DNA of 16,336 nucleotides from Candidatus Hermodarchaeota archaeon (GCA_016839365.1 JAEOUH010000085.1:1-16336), one strand, 5' to 3'. Positions 8,184 to 15,927 are shown, numbered from the stretch's first letter. Program-made: numbers and translations. Notes: a model not told the origin generated them from the sequence alone.

Positions 8184-9473
8184 GTGAACATCGTGCCTGA
8201 GAAGACTTCAACTATTAGTGGTTTTTATCGCCTCTCTATCGAAGAGCGTGTCAAAAAGCTTCGAGCCTTCGCCGATCTTTCTGATGATGATGTTGCCCTA
8301 TTATCAGCATTTGGCGCTTTAGACGCAGAAACAGCCGATAGGATGATTGAGAACGTCGTTGGCTCATATGCGTTTCCACTAGGCTTAGCAACGAATTTTC
8401 AAATCAATGGGCAAGACTATCTGATTCCCATGGCATTGGAAGAACCCTCTGTGGTGGCTGCGGCCTCAAACGCTGCTCGTATGACACGAAAAACTGGCGG
8501 GTTTAAGGCTAGCAGTACAGATCCAGTGATGATTGGGCAAATTCAGGTGACAGATATTCCTGATATGAAGGCTGCCCAGGACACTGTTCTTGAACAGAAA
8601 GAGAACTTATTGAAGGTCGCCAATGCACAGGATCCGGTATTGGTAAAATTCGGGGGGGGAGCACGTGACTTGCAACTACGCCAACTGGAAACAATGATGG
8701 GACCAATGCTCATTCTTCATCTTCTTGTCGATGCACGGGACGCCATGGGAGCAAATGCGGTGAACACAATGTGTGAAGCATTAGCCCCATTGATTGAGGA
8801 GCTGACCAAAGGCAAGGTGTACCTTCGAATTCTATCGAATCTAGCGGAGTACCGACGCGCACGGGCTGAAGCGCTTTTTTCTGCTAAAGACCTTGGAGGT
8901 CCACATGTTGTTGAAGGTATTTTGAAAGCGTACGCGTTTGCCCAGGCTGACCCCTATCGGTGTGCAACGCATAACAAAGGAATCATGAACGGGATTGACG
9001 CTGTGTTATTAGCTACGGGACAGGATTTCCGTGCAGTTGAAGCAGGTGCCCATACATATGCGGCGACCCAAGATGGCGGCTATCAGTCATTAACTCATTA
9101 TGAAAAGACACCAGAAGGTGATCTTCGAGCAACTATCGAACTGCCAATGGCAGTTGGCCTGGTGGGAGGCGCAACCCGAACGCATCCTGTAGCCCGCTTA
9201 TGTGTGAAAATACTCGGGGTCAAAACAGCAACTGAACTCGCCCAAATCATTGTGAGTGTGGGTCTTGCCCAAAATGTTGCAGCCTTACGGGCGCTGAGCC
9301 AAGAAGGAATCCAAGCGGGGCATATGAAATTGCATGCGCGTAATGTTGCCATTGCTGCGGGCGCGTTTGAGGGAGAAGTGGACCAAGTTGCCCAGAAGAT
9401 GATTGCTGAAAAACGCGTGCGATTTGATGCAGCCCAAGAAATCCTCGCTGAGATGCGAAAGAAAAAGGTGTGA
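8184..9473 (+). CDS. mvaA: Hydroxymethylglutaryl-CoA reductase, class II (bacterial/degradative type)
   Basis: Motifs MIENVVG, EEPSVVAAAS, DAMGANAVNT, ILSN, THNKGIMNGIDAV, GQDFRAVEAG, GLAQN and GIQAGHMKLH. Confidence 0.96.
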   Translation: MNIVPEKTSTISGFYRLSIEERVKKLRAFADLSDDDVALLSAFGALDAETADRMIENVVGSYAFPLGLATNFQINGQDYLIPMALEEPSVVAAASNAARMTRKTGGFKASSTDPVMIGQIQVTDIPDMKAAQDTVLEQKENLLKVANAQDPVLVKFGGGARDLQLRQLETMMGPMLILHLLVDARDAMGANAVNTMCEALAPLIEELTKGKVYLRILSNLAEYRRARAEALFSAKDLGGPHVVEGILKAYAFAQADPYRCATHNKGIMNGIDAVLLATGQDFRAVEAGAHTYAATQDGGYQSLTHYEKTPEGDLRATIELPMAVGLVGGATRTHPVARLCVKILGVKTATELAQIIVSVGLAQNVAALRALSQEGIQAGHMKLHARNVAIAAGAFEGEVDQVAQKMIAEKRVRFDAAQEILAEMRKKKV

Positions 9474-9570
9474 CACAACAATTTCTTATAGGCTTCCCCA
9501 CCTCATATGTAACAAGAACCTACAGCGTGTGGCTGCATTAGCGTGACACTGTCTAGCGGTGATTAACAAA

Positions 9571-10503
9571 ATGAGACAGTACATCGGGATGATTGAAATC
9601 CTAGGCGAAGGGGGCGAAATGCAACCGCTCCATTGGAATCCCAAGCATCTAGTAGACGGACGATCAATACTCGTTGTTGACGAGACCGAGGGAATTATCT
9701 GGGTATGGCTAGGACATGGGACAACCATGTTACAGCGGACCACGGCACTGCGGCAAGCCCGCTTTATCATGAAAAATGGCACTCATGTTGGAGAAACCCA
9801 CTTTGGCACAAAATGCACGAATTTCATTGAAGTGCCAGGAGATTTGAATAACCCCAAGGTGACTCTCCTCCATAAGCTCCTTGAAGAGCATCCAAAGACT
9901 TCTGATTATCTTATTATCATTAAGAAAGATGTCGAGGTTTCGACATTTGAAGAATCCTTCCAAGACAAAGTCGAGATCATTGAACAGACAATTGTGCCTG
10001 AACCCATTCGCAAAGTTACCCCGATTCGGCGTCGGATTCTAACATATGAAGAGCAATTAGCAACAAAGGTTCTTTTTGCAGTGTCTGATTGTTATGGACA
10101 AGCAACAATGAACCCACTTGGACCTAGCGAATTTCAGGTTTCGGTCCTCCGTTTGCAATTGCGCTTCATCTGCCAAGGGGACGCAATTCTGTTTTCTGAG
10201 ATAAGAGGGGCAGCTCAAGAAGATATCGATGCGTTTGCTCGTTGCTTTGGACAGCAACCCCAACTTACTTCTGATGGACAACTCTACATTGCTTCCACAC
10301 CACAGGTAGTAGAACCAACAGCATCAACCAATGAGAAGACAGTTTCAGTGGTTGATTCCATGCGTGAACAATTATCCCAAATCAGCCAAAAACCGAAAGA
10401 GGAAGAGAAGCAAGACGTAGAGCCAACCCCAGACGAGAAAGAGGATCCTAAAGAGAATGAAGACGAAAAAAGTGGATCCTCCGAATTCGACCTATTTGTC
10501 TAG
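9571..10503 (+). CDS. Gelsolin-like domain protein, paralog A (gelsolin-like domain, unknown C-terminal domain, acidic tail)
   Basis: Gelsolin-like core LVDGRSILVVDETEGIIWVWLG-x7-RTTALRQARFI. The start is moved from GTG 9559 to ATG 9571 because a GGTGA SD lies at 9558-9562. It is homologous by eye to the ORFs at 12912 and 13845. Confidence 0.7.
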   Translation: MRQYIGMIEILGEGGEMQPLHWNPKHLVDGRSILVVDETEGIIWVWLGHGTTMLQRTTALRQARFIMKNGTHVGETHFGTKCTNFIEVPGDLNNPKVTLLHKLLEEHPKTSDYLIIIKKDVEVSTFEESFQDKVEIIEQTIVPEPIRKVTPIRRRILTYEEQLATKVLFAVSDCYGQATMNPLGPSEFQVSVLRLQLRFICQGDAILFSEIRGAAQEDIDAFARCFGQQPQLTSDGQLYIASTPQVVEPTASTNEKTVSVVDSMREQLSQISQKPKEEEKQDVEPTPDEKEDPKENEDEKSGSSEFDLFV

Positions 10504-10547
10504 CTTCTAACTACACTCCCCTGATTTCTAGAGAGGAGCTTTTCAAA

Positions 10548-11954
10548 TTGGACCTAACCATTCACGGCGCTGGACAAACCGTAACAGGCAGCTTGTTCCA
10601 AATCAAGACAAAAGCCACTAATTTTCTCATTGATTGCGGCCTTTTCCAAGGCAATCCATCAGAGCAGCATAAACGCAACCAAACTTTACCCTTCGATGCA
10701 TCTTCCATCGATTATGTTATTTTATCCCATGCTCATCTTGATCATTGTGGCCGACTACCAATCCTTGTCCGTTCAGGGTTTCATGGACCCATTTACGTAA
10801 CTGCCGCCACCTCTGAACTGTGTGCTCTGCTTCTCAGAGATGTTGCTGAAACCGAAGAGGAAGATGCGGAACGAGCACGTTCAAATAAACAATCCGAGGG
10901 GAGTAACCACACCTATTCAACCAAGCCCTTATTTACAAGGCACGATGCGGAACGCACCATCAAACAGCTGCGGATTGTCAAATATGGAAAGAAGAAATCA
11001 CTATCAGGCAATGTAACCTTTCGCTTTCGAGATGCCGGACATATTCTTGGATCATCGATCATCGAAACCTGGATTGAAGATCGTGGAAAGGTGATTCATC
11101 TTGTTGGCACCGGAGATGTGGGGCGAAAGAATGCTCCGATTATTCGAGATCCTGACCTCCCCTCTGCTGCCACATACCTTCTGTGTGAATCAACTTATGC
11201 AAACCGAGTCCACGAGCCACTTTCAAGAGCCATTCGACGGTTTGAGCGGATCATCATCAAAGCCCACCGTCACCGCAGTCACATTTTGGTGCCAGCGTTT
11301 GCTATTGGTCGTACGCAAGCCCTCATTTATGCTCTTAACTTACTGGTGGAAAATGCACGGGTTCCCGTCATTCCTGTTGCTATTGATTCGCCCTTAGCCA
11401 TCAAAGCAACAAAGATTTTCAAACGCCATAGAGAATGCTTTGATGAGGAAACGTGGGACCTAATTGAATCAGGGGACGCCCCATTAGATTTCAAAGGCAT
11501 ACAATATGTTGAACGTCAATATGACAGCGATAACTTGAGCCAACAACGGGGCCCGATTATGATTGTGGCCGGATCTGGAATGATGAACGGAGGACGTATC
11601 CTCCGACATCTATTCAGGCGAATTGAAAACAAAAACACTCATTTGATGGTGATTGGATTTCAGGCTCCAGGAACCCTTGGTCATCGTATTGTCAATGGAG
11701 CTAGAACAGTCAAAATCTACGGTCGAATAAAGCGGGTGAATGCGCGTGTCGAAAGATTATATGGCTTTTCTGCCCATGCGGATAAGACAGAGTTACACGG
11801 GTTCTTATCGTCGCTTCGAGAAAACCCACCAGAAACAATTTTTTGTGTCCATGGAAGTCCTCCGGCTTGTCAGAGTCTCGCAAATACAGCTAAACGTCTT
11901 GTTAGGTGTCCTGCTGTAGCACCTAGGATAGGGCAGCAGTTCGTGCTAGCCTGA
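10548..11954 (+). CDS. MBL-fold beta-CASP ribonuclease (YSH1/TTHA0252-like, no KH domains)
   Basis: Motifs GAGQTVTGS, IDCGLFQG, SHAHLDHCG (HxHxDH), AGHILGS, TGDVG, ESTY, PAFAIGRTQ, SGMMNGGR, GFQAPGTLG, FSAHAD and VHG. Confidence 0.93.
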   Translation: MDLTIHGAGQTVTGSLFQIKTKATNFLIDCGLFQGNPSEQHKRNQTLPFDASSIDYVILSHAHLDHCGRLPILVRSGFHGPIYVTAATSELCALLLRDVAETEEEDAERARSNKQSEGSNHTYSTKPLFTRHDAERTIKQLRIVKYGKKKSLSGNVTFRFRDAGHILGSSIIETWIEDRGKVIHLVGTGDVGRKNAPIIRDPDLPSAATYLLCESTYANRVHEPLSRAIRRFERIIIKAHRHRSHILVPAFAIGRTQALIYALNLLVENARVPVIPVAIDSPLAIKATKIFKRHRECFDEETWDLIESGDAPLDFKGIQYVERQYDSDNLSQQRGPIMIVAGSGMMNGGRILRHLFRRIENKNTHLMVIGFQAPGTLGHRIVNGARTVKIYGRIKRVNARVERLYGFSAHADKTELHGFLSSLRENPPETIFCVHGSPPACQSLANTAKRLVRCPAVAPRIGQQFVLA

Positions 11955-11961
11955 AAAAAAA
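11954..11961 (-). terminator. Oligo-T (T8) archaeal-type terminator for the minus-strand transcript
   Basis: An A8 run on the + strand lies 5 nt downstream of the minus-strand stop at 11967, between convergent genes. Confidence 0.45.
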
Positions 11962-11966
11962 CTATT

Positions 11967-12209
11967 TCATGCGTGGGTTGAAACCTTTTCCACACGGAGC
12001 CAAGGATTCTGTCGTGTGAATTCGAAAAGCGACTGAGTGAATCGCTCCAGGTCATCGAGTTCGATTACAAAATGGTATCGTCCTTCCCCCAACGGTAATT
12101 TACTGATGATTCGTCCATGCTGGTTGAGGAGGAGATTGATCCAACCGGTTTTCGTCGCTGTTTCCTCTCGATTCATCCCTCTATAGGAAAGCGAAATGTT
12201 TGCTTTCAT
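11967..12209 (-). CDS. Small hypothetical protein, probable ACT/ferredoxin-like (beta-alpha-beta-beta-alpha-beta) fold
   Basis: 80 aa with an alternating strand/helix pattern. It has a strong SD (GGTGAGG, 12217-12223) and its own BRE/TATA-like element upstream. Confidence 0.7.
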   Translation of the reverse strand: MKANISLSYRGMNREETATKTGWINLLLNQHGRIISKLPLGEGRYHFVIELDDLERFTQSLFEFTRQNPWLRVEKVSTHA

Positions 12210-12251
12210 GATGTAGCCTCACCTAGGTGTCATTCTTTGACAAACGAGCCG

Positions 12252-12264
12252 ACTTAAACCTTTC
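12252..12264 (-). promoter_or_regulatory. Archaeal BRE+TATA promoter (GAAAGGTTTAAGT)
   Basis: A purine-rich BRE is followed by TTTAAG, about 45 nt upstream of ATG 12209, with an SD in between. Confidence 0.6.
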
Positions 12265-12296
12265 CAAACAAGCGTCGAATGACCCGATAAGTGTAG

Positions 12297-12884
12297 TCAA
12301 GTCGGATCAGTTCCAGCGTTTGGAAACGATTTGGCGCCAAAATAGTAAGCCAAGGCGTCGTAAGCGATGTCAAAGCACCAAAAACCAATTGTGTGGATAA
12401 ATGTCAGTAAACCAAAAAAAGGGAGAATCACAACGCTAATTTTCAATATAGGACGGTGGAGTAGAACATGGTGTATCGCAGCGATGTGAATCTTAGAAGC
12501 CTGTGCATGAAGCACCTCATCAAGTAGGGAAGCAACGAAGATGGCAATTAGGGTAGGAAGAACCAAGATCAGAATTGCAATATCGAAAAATCGAAAGAGG
12601 CTGAGGGGGAAGACAGCGATTGCGAGGACTATGAAGTAAGTATTATCAATCTTACGCGAAGCAATGAGGCTCAATATAATTCCTAGTGCCAAGACAGCAG
12701 TGTAGACATCAAAGAAGACCCAGATGTTGACTAGAATAATCAGGACAGCTACAACCAACCACAGAAGCGATTTGCGGAATCGAATGCGGCTTGGATCATC
12801 AACGGCTTGATCAACAAGTTTAATGCCTGCCCCAATGAGCGCATAGGATATTATTAGAGCCAAGGCAAAAAGAATTAAGCTCAT
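12297..12884 (-). CDS. Conserved archaeal multi-pass membrane protein of unknown function
   Basis: About 6-7 hydrophobic segments with polar motifs GAGIKLVDQAVDD, KIDN, LLDE, HRPILK and FDIAYD. It starts 27 nt after the paralog B stop. Confidence 0.75.
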   Translation of the reverse strand: MSLILFALALIISYALIGAGIKLVDQAVDDPSRIRFRKSLLWLVVAVLIILVNIWVFFDVYTAVLALGIILSLIASRKIDNTYFIVLAIAVFPLSLFRFFDIAILILVLPTLIAIFVASLLDEVLHAQASKIHIAAIHHVLLHRPILKISVVILPFFGLLTFIHTIGFWCFDIAYDALAYYFGAKSFPNAGTDPT

Positions 12885-12911
12885 ACTCCCAGGCCTTTGC
12901 TTAGTTATTAG

Positions 12912-13628
12912 CTAGCCTGCTAGGCTTTTGAGTTCGTGGGCAACCAGGTCTTTGAGTTCTTTGGGAGTCTTGGGATCCCATTTGAAGGTGAGTCTTCCTT
13001 TGCTGCGCTTCATCTGATGTGTGAGACCGTCGGCGCCTTCAATGAGGAGTTCTTCGGTGTCACCTTTGCTCTTATACTCGATGTGCACTTGTTGATGAAC
13101 ACGTATGATTGCCATCAAAGCAGCTTCTAGGTCAAGTTTGGAAATTTTTCTTGTCGGCGTTGGAGTTGAAGGTATGGTGGGTGTAACAGGAGCAGTGGTT
13201 GAGGTCGGTGCACTACTAGTAACTTGAGCAGCCGGAGCAACTCCTTGAAGATGTCCTATTATAAGTGTGCCTTTGGGGTGTGCCACAGTGGCGATTTCCA
13301 TGGGAGATTCTAACAATGCAACGACATTATTGTAGTTGTTTGAGGTGGTTGGATCATCCATGCTGTCCTGATCAATGGGTACTAATGAGAAGCCACGTCC
13401 CAGCAATTCATCACCAATTCGCTGTCCTTCCAAGGCGATTTCTTCCGCCTTTGCTTTGGCTGTACGACGCTTGTCGTATTGTACGCCGCTACCCATCCAG
13501 AACCAAAGAGCCTTATTTTGTTCATCAACAACAGCGACACAGACATCACCTCGAAGCTTTCGAGCACCAGGGCGAATTGACCGAACAAAACCTAAGCCCC
13601 CAATTTCCAACATTATAACTCGTGTCAT
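12912..13628 (-). CDS. Gelsolin-like domain protein, paralog B
   Basis: Gelsolin-like core LRGDVCVAVVDEQNKALWFWMG-x7-RRTAKAKAEEI, a P/T-rich linker (APTSTTAPVTPTIPSTPTPT) and a C-terminal alpha/beta domain. Confidence 0.72.
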   Translation of the reverse strand: MTRVIMLEIGGLGFVRSIRPGARKLRGDVCVAVVDEQNKALWFWMGSGVQYDKRRTAKAKAEEIALEGQRIGDELLGRGFSLVPIDQDSMDDPTTSNNYNNVVALLESPMEIATVAHPKGTLIIGHLQGVAPAAQVTSSAPTSTTAPVTPTIPSTPTPTRKISKLDLEAALMAIIRVHQQVHIEYKSKGDTEELLIEGADGLTHQMKRSKGRLTFKWDPKTPKELKDLVAHELKSLAG

Positions 13629-13814
13629 GTGCTTAACACCCTAATGGATCCCATTTAGTATGAAACACAGTATTCAGTGGACAAATTCTGACCTCGAAAT
13701 ACTCGCCCAAAGGTTAGTGAGTAAGTGTTTTCTATCAAGGTCTGTTTTAGAATTTGATACTTTATTTATTAAGTTGACCCTAGGGATTGATTGGCAAGAT
13801 AACTGATACAATTC

Positions 13815-13832
13815 CTGCAAAAAGTTTTGCAG
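13815..13832. terminator. Palindrome/hairpin just downstream of paralog C (possible terminator or protein-binding site)
   Basis: CTGCAAAA-ag-TTTTGCAG, 12 nt past the stop at 13845, containing a T5 run on the minus strand. Confidence 0.35.
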
Positions 13833-13844
13833 AGTTTCGTGGGA

Positions 13845-14612
13845 TTAAAGGTCTGCTGAGGCTAGTCGGTCACGAAGCAGCCCTAATATATCGTTGCGTC
13901 TTCCACGAAAGTCGTATCTTTGTAAGAATTGTACTGAGCCCTGACTAACCTCAATTTGGCAGATAATCCCCTCAGGATCTTCAATTGAATACCGAGTGCC
14001 ATTTTCGATTTTTGTTGCACTGACGTAGCACATTGGGAAAAAGTCTAGTATTGATGAGATTAGTATTCCTACACGGATCACTCCGAGATCTTGTAGATCA
14101 CGAGAGGGTTCTGGGGCAACGGTTTCAGTACTTTGCCTAACTGTCACCGTTTCAGTTTCAGCGGGGGTAGGGGGCGTTATTTTTTCTGCAGGAGTGGGCT
14201 TTGGCGCAGGAGCAGCGTGTTCAGGAGCTGGAGTAGGAGTTTCTCCAAATCGACCAAGTACGCCTTCAGTGATTTTGAACCGCTGGCTCAACGTGTGTAC
14301 TAATTGATCATAGAAGCCTTTGATTTCTGGGTCGTCAAGTATTTCCCCATCGATGATTTCTATGTTGGTGACATCCCGTCCAATGCGATAGGGGCCTAGT
14401 TGATAGCCGGCACTGACGAGGGATCGGGCTTTCCGTTGGGCTGCTCGACGTTCAACAAGAGAGGTGGAAGCGCCTTGCCACAACCAGACGCGTTCTTTTA
14501 GCTCGTCAATGGCAATTACAATACGGTCTTCGGTGAGGGCTTCTGTTGATAGGGGTAGGGGTTCAATGATTCCTGAGGAAAATTCAAGGAGCAGCACAAA
14601 TTTGTCCGCCAT
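13845..14612 (-). CDS. Gelsolin-like domain protein, paralog C
   Basis: EPLPLSTEALTEDRIVIAIDELKERVWLWQGASTSLVERRAAQRKARSL closely fits the gelsolin-repeat consensus (hhhD-x-hWhWxG-x7-RxxA). It also has a P/T/A/E-rich linker and a C-terminal alpha/beta domain. Confidence 0.78.
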   Translation of the reverse strand: MADKFVLLLEFSSGIIEPLPLSTEALTEDRIVIAIDELKERVWLWQGASTSLVERRAAQRKARSLVSAGYQLGPYRIGRDVTNIEIIDGEILDDPEIKGFYDQLVHTLSQRFKITEGVLGRFGETPTPAPEHAAPAPKPTPAEKITPPTPAETETVTVRQSTETVAPEPSRDLQDLGVIRVGILISSILDFFPMCYVSATKIENGTRYSIEDPEGIICQIEVSQGSVQFLQRYDFRGRRNDILGLLRDRLASADL

Positions 14613-14669
14613 GATGTCTTATCCCGCCGGTTAGTATTTCTAAATAGCAGATTATGTTCCCTTATTATT

Positions 14670-15818
14670 TTATAGGCACAATAAGCTTTCTTGTGGCGGT
14701 GTGGTGACCCTATGCCCTGTTTTGGTTACTGCGACATTGATTTCGCTTCGCACGCCAAACCGTCCTTTGAGGTAAATACCAGGCTCCACCGAAGTGAGAG
14801 TATTCGGCAGTAAGAGTCTGGTTTCAGGCATCTCGTAACTGTCAAGGTTGGCCCCTCTACCGTGGGACCTGATGTCTATGCTATGCCCGGTTCTGTGTAA
14901 GATGGCATGTTCGAAGCCAGCAGCGATCATGATTTTGCGGGCTTGTTCATCGGGGATTCTTGCGGGTATGTTGGGTTCTATTGAAGCCGTAGCTGCATGC
15001 CGGGCTTCAATGATTGTGTCCCAGACTGTCTGAATCTCGTCAGGAGCTTTTGAGCCTGTGTAGGCCATGTGTGTGATATCGGCAAAGATTTCCCATTTTG
15101 CCCATAAATCTATCATGAGTAGCTGGTTCTTTTTGATAGTGACATTTCCGGGGGTGTAGTGAGGATTAGCGGAATTGGCTTGAACCGCTACTATAGGAAC
15201 CTCCATGGAGGTGAGTTCATTTTGTTGAAGTTGTTCCTGCAGATAGTCAACAACTTGACCCTCTGTAACGAACCCCAATCGATCTTTGACATAATCAAAG
15301 GTCTGTTCCATGATATTCGTCAATGTTAAGGCAGCACGATTATGACTGGCTAATTCCTCGTCAGTTAGTACCGAATGAATTATTTGCATTAGATTTTCCC
15401 CTGATTGATACTGCATTCCAGGAAGTGCTTTTCGAAGAGTGGTAAATCGACCTGCAGACAAGACATCTGTCTGGGGGTTTTCGCTGTAATTCAGCGCGAT
15501 GCACTTTAACTCCTTAGTTTTTTGTTTTATCATTTCAAGGAATGAGGACTGGGTTCGCGCGTCGAGGACCTCAAGAGAGGGATGGAGACCAATGAGCTCA
15601 TTGCCTTCAACAGGGGATTTGATGACGATGATAGGGTCAGAATGAGTGATGAATATGGCATATGAACGTGAATGAGGAGCAAGCTCTCCAAGTAGCGCAG
15701 GACCAGTGGGATCGCTTCCTCGAAAGTCGATGATTAACCACGCATCTAAGTTGGATTCTGACATATGTTGTCGAACCAGATGAAGTTTCTCACTCAAGTT
15801 AAGCAGGGGAATTGCCAA
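14670..15818 (-). CDS. M24 family metallopeptidase (Xaa-Pro aminopeptidase-like)
   Basis: Creatinase-like N-domain, NPHY, and metal ligands in IDLW, ADIT, HRTGHSI, SVEPGIY and GVRSE. TTG start with a GGTGA SD. Confidence 0.92.
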   Translation of the reverse strand: MAIPLLNLSEKLHLVRQHMSESNLDAWLIIDFRGSDPTGPALLGELAPHSRSYAIFITHSDPIIVIKSPVEGNELIGLHPSLEVLDARTQSSFLEMIKQKTKELKCIALNYSENPQTDVLSAGRFTTLRKALPGMQYQSGENLMQIIHSVLTDEELASHNRAALTLTNIMEQTFDYVKDRLGFVTEGQVVDYLQEQLQQNELTSMEVPIVAVQANSANPHYTPGNVTIKKNQLLMIDLWAKWEIFADITHMAYTGSKAPDEIQTVWDTIIEARHAATASIEPNIPARIPDEQARKIMIAAGFEHAILHRTGHSIDIRSHGRGANLDSYEMPETRLLLPNTLTSVEPGIYLKGRFGVRSEINVAVTKTGHRVTTPPQESLLCL

Positions 15819-15927
15819 TACTTAATCACCCCATCGAGTTGTCGTCTGAGAGACCAAAAAGATTTAGGCAAAGTGATTCTGAGCTACAACAACTTCGTAG
15901 CATATAATCGATTGTAATGTGGATATT

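Noticed and set aside
14100-14245. Repeat-like GGAG-rich DNA (also ~13150-13245)
   Set aside because: It reflects Pro/Thr/Ala codons of the protein linkers, not a DNA tandem repeat or CRISPR array.
72-15033. Many short overlapping or antisense ORFs (e.g. 1191-1526, 1797-2099, 7545-7859, 9098-9481, 9486-9782, 13265-13618)
   Set aside because: They overlap well-supported genes and show no recognisable motifs, so they are treated as shadow ORFs.
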